Assembly (NCBI GenBank): GCA_963785235.1
Contig: CAWAUM010000003.1
Span: 443,090 to 507,089, forward strand
Direction of reading: 5' to 3'
From: an uncultured delta proteobacterium
Lineage (GTDB): Bacteria; Desulfobacterota; Desulfomonilia; UBA1062
DNA: 64,000 bases
Both the position numbers and the translations under genes were made by a program. The stretch's first letter is position 1. Each line of letters starts with the position of its first letter. Below, piece by piece: positions 31,748 to 41,362 of this stretch. The notes under the pieces were generated by a model. It worked only from the letters and a program-made list of their open reading frames with translations, made no database searches and was not told the origin of the DNA.

Positions 31748-33007
31748 TTGAAGGCAACCTTAAGGGCCCTGCGTTCCAGTAATTACCGGCTTTTCTTCAG
31801 CGGTCAGGGCGTGTCCCTCATGGGGACATGGATGCAGCAGACAGCCATGAGCTGGCTTGTGTACCGGCTCACCGGATCTGCCATGATCCTTGGTCTTATC
31901 GGGTTCACTTCGCAGATCCCCATGTTACTGTTTTCCCCCATTGCAGGCGTGTACGCCGACCGGCTGAATCGATACCGCATGGTTATTGCCACACAGTTCT
32001 GCGCCATGCTGCAGGCCTTGGCACTTGCCTTTCTTGCACTGACCGGCTTGATAGAGGTCTGGCATCTCTTTATCCTGAGCTTTCTCCTGGGCCTTATCAA
32101 TTCCTTCGATATGCCCATCAGGCAATCATTTGTCGTTGAACTGCTTGAGAGCAAGGCGGATCTTGGCAATGCCATTGCGCTGAACTCCTTCCTCTTCAAT
32201 GGCGCCAGGCTTTTGGGCCCATCCATTGCGGGCGTCCTCATCGGTATGACCAGTGAAGGAACCTGTTTTCTTATTAATGGCATCAGTTTCCTTGCCGTGC
32301 TGTTGGCCCTGTTATCTATGCAGATCAAGACAAGGAGTTTGTCCAGTGCAAAGGATAGTATCATGAATGATATGAAAGCCGGGTTCGTGTATGTGCGTAA
32401 ATTCATGCCCATCCGATATATTTTGTACAACCTTGCACTCATGAGCTTCATTGGAATGCCTTTTGCCGTTCTGATGCCTGTTTTTGCAAAAGATATCCTT
32501 AAGGGAGGCCCCGAAACCCTCGGTTTCCTCATGGCTTCATCCGGCCTTGGCGCCATAGCTGGGGCGCTGTTCCTGGCATCGAGAAAGACCGTGCTCGGGC
32601 TTGGACGTCTCATTGTCTTAGGGTCAATCATGTTTGGGACCGGTCTTATCTGTTTTGCCATTTCCACGTCAGTACTTCTATCAGCGGCCTTGCTGACCTT
32701 CACGGGATTCGGGATGATGGTGCAGATGGTCGCAAGCAACACGATCATCCAGACCATTGTTGATGACACGATGAGGGGACGGGTCATGAGCTTTTTTGCC
32801 ATGTCATTTGCCGGCACCATGCCTTTCGGCAGCCTCTATGCCGGATCGCTGGCCTCTTCCATCGGGGCCCCACGGACACTCATCATAAGCGGCATCGTCT
32901 GTATTGCTGTGGCATTACTATTTTACAGAAGGCTCAAACCCATGCGTGAGGTCATACGTCCCATCTACCATAAGATGGGTATCCTTCCAGACTCACCTTG
33001 GCCTTGA
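31748..33007 (+). CDS. MFS transporter (MFS_3/DUF894 type)
   Basis: NYRLFF.GQ.VS..GTWMQ, AGVYADR, NAIALNS..FN.AR..GP, MRGRVMS. Confidence 0.9.
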   Translation: MKATLRALRSSNYRLFFSGQGVSLMGTWMQQTAMSWLVYRLTGSAMILGLIGFTSQIPMLLFSPIAGVYADRLNRYRMVIATQFCAMLQALALAFLALTGLIEVWHLFILSFLLGLINSFDMPIRQSFVVELLESKADLGNAIALNSFLFNGARLLGPSIAGVLIGMTSEGTCFLINGISFLAVLLALLSMQIKTRSLSSAKDSIMNDMKAGFVYVRKFMPIRYILYNLALMSFIGMPFAVLMPVFAKDILKGGPETLGFLMASSGLGAIAGALFLASRKTVLGLGRLIVLGSIMFGTGLICFAISTSVLLSAALLTFTGFGMMVQMVASNTIIQTIVDDTMRGRVMSFFAMSFAGTMPFGSLYAGSLASSIGAPRTLIISGIVCIAVALLFYRRLKPMREVIRPIYHKMGILPDSPWP

Positions 33008-33153
33008 ATTTTATTCAACTTGAAGGTTGCAGGCATTTTCCCGTATAGTAAATTCAGGAGTTTTCTATGGATCCTAAAATGAGAGAATGGATGAAACAGG
33101 CCCTCAATCCCGCATGGAGAGGCCCTGATAATGATCAGAAGGGAGGTCCTTCC

Positions 33154-33972
33154 ATGGACGATGGAAGCAAAGCAAATTCGAAAATGGTTATTGTCGGGGT
33201 TATTGTTGCAGCACTTGTCATTATAACCATCGCCAATCCCATTGCTGTCATCCCCGCAGGGCATGTGGGAGTAAAGGATCTCTTTGGTTTTGTTTCAGCA
33301 GATACGCTGCCTCCGGGCCTAAGGATTGTTGTCCCGCTTACTCGTGTAGTTAACATGTCTGTGCAGACCCAGGAGATAACGGAGAAGGCTGATACACCGT
33401 CCAGAGAAGGGCTCATTATAGACCTTGAAGTATCTCTTCTCTACCGGGTAGATCCGGATAAGGCTGCTGAGATCTATAAAAAAGTTGGCACTGACTACAG
33501 GAATGTGATTGTCGAGCCTCAATTCAGGTCAGCAATACGTGAGATAACAGCATCATACGACGCCAAATCGCTCTATTCCTCCGAACGCAACAAGATCGCC
33601 GGCGAGATGCAGAATATGTTTGTGCAGCTCACCAAAAGCAAGGGCATGATATGTGATCAGGTCCTGTTAAGGAAGGTGGGTCTGCCGCCTGTCATCGCCA
33701 ATGCAATCCAGGAAAAACTCAAGAGAGAGCAGGAGAGCGAGCAGATGAAATTTGTCCTTCAGAAGGAACAGCAGGAGGCTGAACGCAAGCGCATCGAGGC
33801 CCAGGGTATCACGGACTTCCAGAAGATAGTTTCCCAGGGATTAAACACTCAAATCCTTGAATGGAAGGGGATTGAGGCCACTGAAAAACTCGCTAACAGC
33901 CCTAATGCCAAGATCGTGGTAATCGGGAATTCGAAAAATGGTCTACCCCTTATCCTAGGGGGAGATAAGTAA
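33154..33972 (+). CDS. SPFH/prohibitin family membrane protein
   Basis: N-terminal TM, AGHVGV, RSAIRE, coiled coil QEAERKRIEAQG; GGAGG RBS before ATG 33154. Confidence 0.9.
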   Translation: MDDGSKANSKMVIVGVIVAALVIITIANPIAVIPAGHVGVKDLFGFVSADTLPPGLRIVVPLTRVVNMSVQTQEITEKADTPSREGLIIDLEVSLLYRVDPDKAAEIYKKVGTDYRNVIVEPQFRSAIREITASYDAKSLYSSERNKIAGEMQNMFVQLTKSKGMICDQVLLRKVGLPPVIANAIQEKLKREQESEQMKFVLQKEQQEAERKRIEAQGITDFQKIVSQGLNTQILEWKGIEATEKLANSPNAKIVVIGNSKNGLPLILGGDK

Positions 33973-34013
33973 CACCATAAAGCATACAATGAAGAGAGAG
34001 GGTGCCCTGTGGG

Positions 34014-34253
34014 TTAATCCTCTCTTTCTATTGCCTCCAACCTGAGTAAGTTGATGTCGGTCTTTGGCTGATATTTGTGAATCAGTTCACCAATTGCCTC
34101 ATTCACGAGAAGAGAAAGCTCTTTTCCCGTCAATGCGGAAAGAACGGTAAGGGCCTTTGTATACCGCTCTTCAATATAATAATTTCTTTTTATCAGCTTA
34201 GTATTATTACCATTTTTTCTCATTTCTAGTGGTTTCCTTCCTCTGGTAGCCAT
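34014..34253 (-). CDS. Small ribbon-helix-helix-like DNA-binding protein
   Basis: KRNYYIEE strand, then helix (TKALTVLSALTG), then ELSLLVNEAI helix; GAGGGG RBS. Confidence 0.6.
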   Translation of the reverse strand: MATRGRKPLEMRKNGNNTKLIKRNYYIEERYTKALTVLSALTGKELSLLVNEAIGELIHKYQPKTDINLLRLEAIERED

Positions 34254-34517
34254 ATTTCCCCCTCGCTTTTCTTTTTTTTAATTCTTATCTGTTATCCTAT
34301 TCACACAATTTTAGATGAATAGCCTTAGATACCGATTCAAGATATTCGCACTATATATTGAAACCATATTTGTGTCTTTTAGAAGATGAACCCAAACCTT
34401 ACGTCAAAATGCTTCCAGCAAGGTCATCATATCCTTCAAAAACCTCAACCCGGAGGATAGACTATGCATGCAAATTTTTCTATTGTCCCCAGAATCATTT
34501 ACCGATAATGAGAGTGC

Positions 34518-35855
34518 ATGGAAAATATGTTCAAGATTGAGGAGTTCCCCTTTCCACTGGTAATGATGGATGTCATCGAATCCCAGTTTACCGGGATAAT
34601 ATTCGTCTCCACAGACCAGTGGAAAAAGGGGCTCATCTTCAAAAGCGGGAATCTATGCGCTATTCAGTCCAATAGGACAGACGAACTGCTGGGCAATATC
34701 CTTGTAGGTATGGGCATCATTTCAGAGGATGAGAACACTCTCTCGCTGAACACTACTCGCCTGGAACGGAGGAAGCAGGGTGTCATCCTCCTGGAGTTGG
34801 GGCTCGTCCAGCCCATGGAGATCAACGAGGCGCTCAGAATCCAGACGGAAAAACGTTTTCTGGATATCTTCTCATGGGAGCGCGGCACCATCCAGAAGGT
34901 TCATAAAGATGAAGTCAATAAACTCCATGATCTCAGCAAGACCGAGATGGCCCGCCTCATCCGCAAGGGTGTGATGGAGTACACCCAGTTTTCCGGTATT
35001 ATTACCGCACTCTCCCCCTTTGCAGACGCCATTCCGAAGGTAATGGTGGATACCCTGCCTGGTGATATCGGCATCGATCTGGATGATATCGGCCAGTACA
35101 CGGTCTCTGAGATACTCCTTCTGGGACAGGATCCCTCACGCGCACTGCTCAGCCTCTACTGCACCGGAGATGTCAGCTTTGAAGAAAGTAAGTTTAAAGC
35201 CCTCATTGACACGCTGAGACAAAAGCTGAAAGCTATCAAGGACCAGGATCAATTCCAGGTCCTGGGTGTAGACAGACAAATTTCAGAGAACGGCCTGAAG
35301 AGGGCCTATATAAAGATCGTCAAGGCCAATCACCCAGACACCTATGCCTATGCCGACGATCCCGAGGTGAAGCGACTGGCGAATGAAATCTTCACCGAGA
35401 TCCAGAAGGCCTACACGTACATCAATAAATTACGTGATGGCAAGCCGGTTGAAGAGCCACAAGGCATTGACGAGAGCCTCCAGGCAGAAATACTGTTCAG
35501 CAAGGCAACAGAGCTCTTAAAGGCAAGAGACTATCAGGGCGCTATTGATTACTTCAAGCTCTGCGTGAAGATGAGACCTGATGAAAAGCTCTTTGTGGAA
35601 TCGTATGTGAAGACCATGTTCTTACGGTTTCAGAATACAGGAGTGGGAAATCCTTTAGAGATCAAGTCATCCATCCGCGAAGGGCTCAATCGCTTTGCCA
35701 ACTCAGACACTCTCTGGGTTATCTACGGGTGGGTCCTGAAGAAGGAAGGGTCCCGGAAAGCCATTGAAGCCTTTCAGAAGGCCCTGGAGATCAACAGGAA
35801 CAACATCGACGCACAGCGGGAAATGCGCTTGCACCAGATGAGGGAGAATAAGTAA
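34518..35855 (+). CDS. J-domain (DnaJ) protein with N-terminal DUF4388/PATAN-like region and C-terminal TPRs
   Basis: FQVLGV...KRAY.KIVKANHPD...EIQKAY J-domain; ELLGNILV/QGVILLELG repeats; TPR-like helices. Confidence 0.75.
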   Translation: MENMFKIEEFPFPLVMMDVIESQFTGIIFVSTDQWKKGLIFKSGNLCAIQSNRTDELLGNILVGMGIISEDENTLSLNTTRLERRKQGVILLELGLVQPMEINEALRIQTEKRFLDIFSWERGTIQKVHKDEVNKLHDLSKTEMARLIRKGVMEYTQFSGIITALSPFADAIPKVMVDTLPGDIGIDLDDIGQYTVSEILLLGQDPSRALLSLYCTGDVSFEESKFKALIDTLRQKLKAIKDQDQFQVLGVDRQISENGLKRAYIKIVKANHPDTYAYADDPEVKRLANEIFTEIQKAYTYINKLRDGKPVEEPQGIDESLQAEILFSKATELLKARDYQGAIDYFKLCVKMRPDEKLFVESYVKTMFLRFQNTGVGNPLEIKSSIREGLNRFANSDTLWVIYGWVLKKEGSRKAIEAFQKALEINRNNIDAQREMRLHQMRENK

Positions 35856-36017
35856 GGTACTTTTCTGTATCAATCCCACATAAAACACACATCAACTAAT
35901 ACACCCCGTAAAACATTCAACCCCCGTTGCCGGAACACTCTATTGCCAAAGGAATCCTTCATCGCTATACTATAAAGTAGATCAAAGGATCTGATGCAAC
36001 ATACAAGGAGGTATCAC

Positions 36018-36513
36018 ATGAATATCTCAGGGATTGGAGTTATCCAGGCACAACTTCTGCATCAGCGGGCATCACAACAGCAGGACCCTCTTAGGACAGA
36101 TCCTTCTCAACAAGGCCGGGTCAGGCTATTCTATAACACCATATGAAAAGGAATCCATCCATATGGAAATAGAGCTTAAGGATGGGACTAAAGTGAGCAT
36201 CGACTATGAACGCGAAGGGATGATAAAGAAGGCATCCTATGAACTTGGACTCTATGACAACTACACCTATGGTAACGACCAGTTCAGCCCGGAAAATACT
36301 GCTAATCGCATCCTGGATTTCGCCCGCTCTCTCTGGGACGGTTCAGAAGATAAGCTCGACATGCTCTCAAAGGCTATTGAAAAGGGAATCGGTGAGGCCA
36401 AGAAGATGCTTGGTAACACACCGGATTGGCTTAATAACATCATCTCCCAGACTGTTGCCCTTGTGCACAAGGGCATCGAAGAAATGAAGGCCCAGATCCA
36501 GAAGGCGGCCTGA
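36018..36513 (+). CDS. DUF5610-like hypothetical protein (probable frameshift near 36140)
   Basis: AAGGAGG RBS with ATG 36018; C-terminal FSPENTANRILDFA...AIEKG..EA.KMLG pattern lies in ORF 36034-36513. Confidence 0.55.
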
Positions 36514-36528
36514 CACATACAACCTTGC

Positions 36529-36813
36529 CTATGGTTCTCCAGGCTCTTCCATAAAATTATCCTGTTTTCCAAGTAGATATCTGACTTTAGGAGGCAGATA
36601 TGTCGTATCAGGATCGGTCTTTCCGATTGCATCGAGGATCAGCCTGTTTTTCTCCCGATAGGGCGCCTGCTCGTCGAAGATCACATGTACCCTGCCTTCC
36701 ACCCGGCAGACCCCGCCTTTGCGGTTGATCCTGTCTTCAATAACCTCGATTCCGGCAGAAGAGGCCGTCTCGTAGAGCAACACAAAGAGTTCTCTTTCCT
36801 TACGGTCGTACAT
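36529..36813 (-). CDS. Hypothetical protein
   Basis: Follows the cupin gene; GGVCRVEG, YLPP.VR motifs. Confidence 0.6.
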   Translation of the reverse strand: MYDRKERELFVLLYETASSAGIEVIEDRINRKGGVCRVEGRVHVIFDEQAPYREKNRLILDAIGKTDPDTTYLPPKVRYLLGKQDNFMEEPGEP

Positions 36814-36824
36814 ATACTCGAGCC

Positions 36825-37187
36825 TCAACTCCTCCCGAAATCGTCTTCCACGCGGACTATGTCGTCTTCACCAAAGTACTCACCCTGCTGGACCTCAATA
36901 AATACGAGGGGCTCATCTCCTATATTCTCCATACGGTGCTGCGCCCTTAAAGGGATGTCAATGGATTCATTCGGGGCAATCTTCACCTGTTTCCCATCCA
37001 CGGAAACCAGCCCTATCCCTGAAACAACGACCCAGTGCTCGCTGCGCTTCTGATGATACTGGAGGCTCAGGCGCTTACCCGGCCATACAGTGATCCGCTT
37101 GACCTTGTGGTCTGACTTGTCCTGCGAGAGCACCTCATAAAAGCCCCAGGGCCTATGCTCTTCTCTTTTCTGATTCTCCATGCTCAT
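36825..37187 (-). CDS. Cupin protein (mannose-6-phosphate isomerase type II C-terminal domain)
   Basis: RPWGFY, KVKRI.V.PG.RLSLQYH..RSEHW, IEVQ.GEY.GEDDIVR. Confidence 0.92.
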   Translation of the reverse strand: MSMENQKREEHRPWGFYEVLSQDKSDHKVKRITVWPGKRLSLQYHQKRSEHWVVVSGIGLVSVDGKQVKIAPNESIDIPLRAQHRMENIGDEPLVFIEVQQGEYFGEDDIVRVEDDFGRS

Positions 37188-37234
37188 ACCTTGTGGTGCA
37201 CAAGATAACGTCAGGCAGTGATGTGATCAAGAAA

Positions 37235-37267
37235 AAAAGAGGGGGTGCCTTTTGCACCCCCTCTTTT
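37235..37267. terminator. Intrinsic terminator after the ETF/FeS operon
   Basis: AAAAGAGGGGGTGC / GCACCCCCTCTTTT with A and T runs. Confidence 0.8.
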
Positions 37268-37301
37268 GTGAGATTCAGGGTTGGAACTTTTTCGTCTTAA
37301 T

Positions 37302-39452
37302 TTAAGCCTCGCCCTCTGAAGCCTTCTTGCCCTTGAGATCGATGCCGGCGGCCCTGGCCACCAGGGTCGCGATATCTGCCGATTGGAGCTTTTCGCTGAG
37401 CTCCAGCTCCTTGATGCCATCGGTGAGCATGGTGTAACAGAACGGGCATGCAGTGCATATCGTCTTTGCACCGGCATCCAGGGCCTCATTGGTCCTCTTC
37501 TGGTTGATCCTGGTGCCCAGGTGCTCCTCCATCCACATCCTGCCCCCGCCTGCGCCGCAGCAGAAGCTCTTTTCATGGTGGCTTGACATCTCCACCATGG
37601 GGCTCGAGCTGATGGCCTTGAGGATATCGCGCGGCTGGTCATAGATCTTGTTGTAACGGCCAAGATAGCAGGAGTCATGGTAGGTAATGGTGCCAAGGTC
37701 GCTTATGCGCTCCTTGATCTTGATCTGACCGCTCTTGATGAGCGTGATCCAGGATCTCCGTGTAGTGGTAGACCTCGAAGTTGCCGCCAAGTTCCTTATA
37801 GTCATACTTCAGAGTATTGAATCCATGCGGGCACAAGCGTGATGATCTTCTTCACGCCATAGCCTTTGAAGGTTTCGATGTTGGCCATGGCAAGGGCCTG
37901 ATAGATATACTCGTTTCCGAGCTTCTTGGCCGAGTCGCCGCAGCAGCCCTCTTCGGTGCCGAGGATCGCATAGTCGAGCCCTGCCGCTTCAAAGATCTTT
38001 GCCAGTGCAACTGCCACGCGCTTGTTCAGGTCATCGAATGCTCCTGCACATCCCACATAGAAGAGGTACTCGGCGCTGCCCTTCTCGGAGAGCAACGGGA
38101 TACCAAGGTCTTTGGCCCAGTCGCACGGGTATGGGCGCCGATGCTCCACGGGTTGGAATTATTCTCCATGCCCTTGAATACACCCATGAGCTCGGGTGCG
38201 AAGTCGGACTCCATCATGACCATGTAGCGCCTCAGGTCGATGAGCTTCGGGAACTGGAGGATATATGACGGACAGGCCTCCACGCAAGCCATACAGGTCG
38301 TACAGGCCCAGGCGGTTTCTTTTTCGATACATCGCCGATGAGCGCGGGGCCCGTATATTCCTCATCCGGGATGATGCGGTAACTGCCATCTGCATCCATG
38401 GCGAACTTGGCCTTCTCTTCCAGATAGGTCCTGATATTCTGGATGACGTCTCTTGGCTTCAGCGGCTTGTCGGTGTTGAATGCAGGGCAAACCTCTACGC
38501 ACCTGCCGCACCTCATACATGCCTCCTGGTCGAACAGGTCTTTCCAGGAATACTCCTCCACGTTGTGGATGCCGAAGGTCTCGGCGCACTCGAACATCTC
38601 AGGCGGCATGACCCTGATGGGAGGCGCTGCTGCAGTCGACCTGCAGGAAGATATTCGCAGGCGTCATGAAGATGTGCAGAGTTTTGTGTAGCCTATGTAT
38701 ACGAAGAAGGTGAGCGCCATGAGAATATGGCCCCACCAGAGGAGGTAATGGGATGCCCTGAGCGATTTCTCGTCCATCCAGGAAAAGAGGAAGGAAGCGC
38801 ATACCCGCCGGGAGAGTACCAGATATACGGATGCATGGGATTCGTGGGGACCGTCTCTGTCAGCTTGAATCCTCAGCGCCTCGACCATGAATCCGGTGAT
38901 GAGGATGGCCAGGATGAACCAGAGGGTGGTGTTATCCTCGGGCTTCTGGTCGAGCCAGTTCGGCTTGATCACATATCTGCGGTAGAGCGCCATGAGTATA
39001 CCCACGATGCACAGCATGCCGAAGACATCGGCAAACATTGACAGACCCAGGTAAAAGCCGCCTTTCATGAACCAGATTCCTGTAATGGGATACAGGATGT
39101 CCGCCTGGAAAAATACAATGGCCGTGGTTATCACCAGAGCCACGAACCCGTAGAAGATGAATAAATGGAATATGCCCTGATAGGGTTCTCTGAGTATCTT
39201 CCTGTGTGCGAACACATCAACGATGGCATACCAGAGGCGTTCACCGACGTTGGCGAGCCTGTCAGTTTCCGTGCCCGTTGCCTTGAAGATGATCTTCAGG
39301 CGTGTTCCGAATCCGCCTTTGTACAGCGCCCTGCCCAGGAGTAAAAATGAGGCAAGGGCAAGGATATAAAGGAGTATCTGTTCCGTGTAGGAACCAGGAC
39401 TTAAAATGTTCCAAAAGACCTCTCTGGTAAGTTCTCCCTGTGGTCCGTGCAT
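37302..39452 (-). CDS. Membrane-bound FeS oxidoreductase (FadF/DUF224, ETF:quinone oxidoreductase-like; multiple frameshifts)
   Basis: N-terminal TM domain with His residues, two ferredoxin motifs ([22 protein letters not shown]), CCG domains ([22 protein letters not shown]), spread over about 6 ORF fragments. Confidence 0.88.
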
Positions 39453-39484
39453 AGCCCCCCCTGAAAAAGTGAATTGTATATATC

Positions 39485-39510
39485 AGGGGCGGACGCTAAC
39501 GCCCGCCCCT
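39485..39510 (-). terminator. Intra-operon stem-loop after etfA
   Basis: AGGGGCGG / CCGCCCCT arms. Confidence 0.45.
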
Positions 39511-39530
39511 TGTTGCTTTGTGTTAACCTT

Positions 39531-40492
39531 TTATTTTCTTGATCTCGTCGATGAGCGCCGGGACGACATTGAAAAGGTCGTCCACTATCCCGTAGTCAGC
39601 CTTCGTGAAGATAGGCGCTTCGGCATCCTTGTTGATGGCAACGATCACCTTGGAGGTACCCATACCGGCCATATGCTGAATGGCGCCGGAGATACCGGCA
39701 GCGATATAGAGATTCGGGCTTACGGTCTTACCGGTCTGGCCGACCTGGTAAGAGTGTCCTCTCCACCCTGCATCGACTGCTGCCCTGGATGCACCGGTGG
39801 TGGCAGTGGGGCCGAAGAGGTTGCGCGAGGTCTTCGAGCATCTTGTAGTTCTCAGGACCCTTCATACCTCTTCCGCCGGATACGATGATCTCGGCCTCGG
39901 TCTGGTCCGGCTCTGTGGTAGCCGCTACCTCAACCGCTTTCACCTTTACCGTGATCTTGGCTGCATCGAGGGTTACAGCAACCTTCTCGACGGCGCCAGC
40001 GCCTGCGATTTCCTTGGAACCAAGGGCATTCGGCCTGACTGATACGACCTGGGGGTTGCCTGTAGCCTCAACCATGGCATATGCCTTACCGGCATACAAG
40101 GGTCTCTTGGCGATGATCTTGTCGCCTTCCTTTTTCACGTCAACACAGTCGGAAATGGCGCCCACATTAAGCCTGGCTGCCATTGCCGGAGCAAAATCCT
40201 TGCCCTGTGCAGATGCACTGCAGAAAATTACGGCCGGCTGAACCTTCTGTGCTACCTGGACGAAAGCCTGTACAAAGGCCTCGGGGATATAGTTTTCAAA
40301 CTCGGGCCCGTCGACCACATAAATCTTGTCCGCACCGAACTTTGCAAGCTGCGGAGCTACAGCCTCTGCGCCCTTGCCGATGACGCATACGCTGACTTCG
40401 CCGCCTAATTCCTTGGCCTTGCTGGTTATCTCAAAGGCGCCCTTTTTGATTTCGCCCTTCTGAACTTCCGCGTAAATTAATGTTCCTGGCAT
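39531..40492 (-). CDS. etfA: Electron transfer flavoprotein alpha subunit (frameshifted near 39750-39830)
   Basis: [20 protein letters not shown]. The conserved [36 protein letters not shown]-terminus is in another frame, with a stop at 39531. Confidence 0.92.
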
Positions 40493-40510
40493 GATTGTCC
40501 CCTCCTCGCC

Positions 40511-41287
40511 TTAGATGATCTTCACTTCGTCATGCAAAGCCTTTGCAAGAGCAGCCGCCTTGGCCTTTGCATCGTCGCCCGTGATGATCTTGCCAGCCTG
40601 GCGGGCCGGAGGCAAAGACATCTCCTTTACAACCGTCATGGGGCCTGTGCTCACGCCGAGTCCGCCCGCATTCTTCACGTCAACGGGCTTCTTCTTGGCC
40701 TTCATGATGCCGGGCAGCGAAGCGTACCGTGGCTCGTTCAGACCTTTCTGGGCCGACAACACGGCCGGAAGCGGAACATCAAGGACCATCTGGCCGCCTT
40801 CGATCTCTCTGGTTACCGTGGCACTCTTCTTGTCAGCCGCTACTTCCAGCTTGATCACCTGAGTCACCACCGGCAGTCCGAGCAGCTCGCCGAGCATTGC
40901 CGGGACCTGGCCGCAGTCGTCATCAATGGCCTGCTTGCCAAGGAACACTGCGTCATAGGTAAGCCCCTTGATGGCTGCTGCCAGAACCTGGGCTGTGGCA
41001 TACGGATCGGCCTTGTCGTAGTAAGCGCCATCATTGATATGGACGGCATCGTCTGCACCCATAGCCAATGCGGTGCGGATAGACTCGATGGCCCTGTCGG
41101 GACCGAGAGAAACGATGGTCACTTTGCCTGCATTCATCTTCTCTTTCATACGGATTGCCTCTTCAACGGCAAACTCGTCAAAAGAAGAGATGACCCATTT
41201 GATTCCTTCTGCTGCGATTGTCGTACCTGCTATCTTGATCAATGTCTCGGTATCAGGTACCTGTTTCAAGCAAACAACAGTATTCAC
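40511..41287 (-). CDS. etfB: Electron transfer flavoprotein beta subunit
   Basis: KQVPDT, FDEFAVEEA, ALAMGAD, GKQAIDDD.GQV, REIEGG, NEPRYASLPGIMKAKKK. Confidence 0.96.
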   Translation of the reverse strand: MNTVVCLKQVPDTETLIKIAGTTIAAEGIKWVISSFDEFAVEEAIRMKEKMNAGKVTIVSLGPDRAIESIRTALAMGADDAVHINDGAYYDKADPYATAQVLAAAIKGLTYDAVFLGKQAIDDDCGQVPAMLGELLGLPVVTQVIKLEVAADKKSATVTREIEGGQMVLDVPLPAVLSAQKGLNEPRYASLPGIMKAKKKPVDVKNAGGLGVSTGPMTVVKEMSLPPARQAGKIITGDDAKAKAAALAKALHDEVKII

Positions 41288-41362
41288 AGTAAACCTCCTT
41301 CCTCTTTGTTTTTATCCTGTAGGCATCTTTCTTCTATGCCCTGTTTCCCATTTGAACCCTGC

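Noticed and set aside
35905-35940. sigma28-like promoters (also near 9550, 16015, 34500)
   Set aside because: Only partial GCCGATA matches with off-consensus spacing; not supportable.
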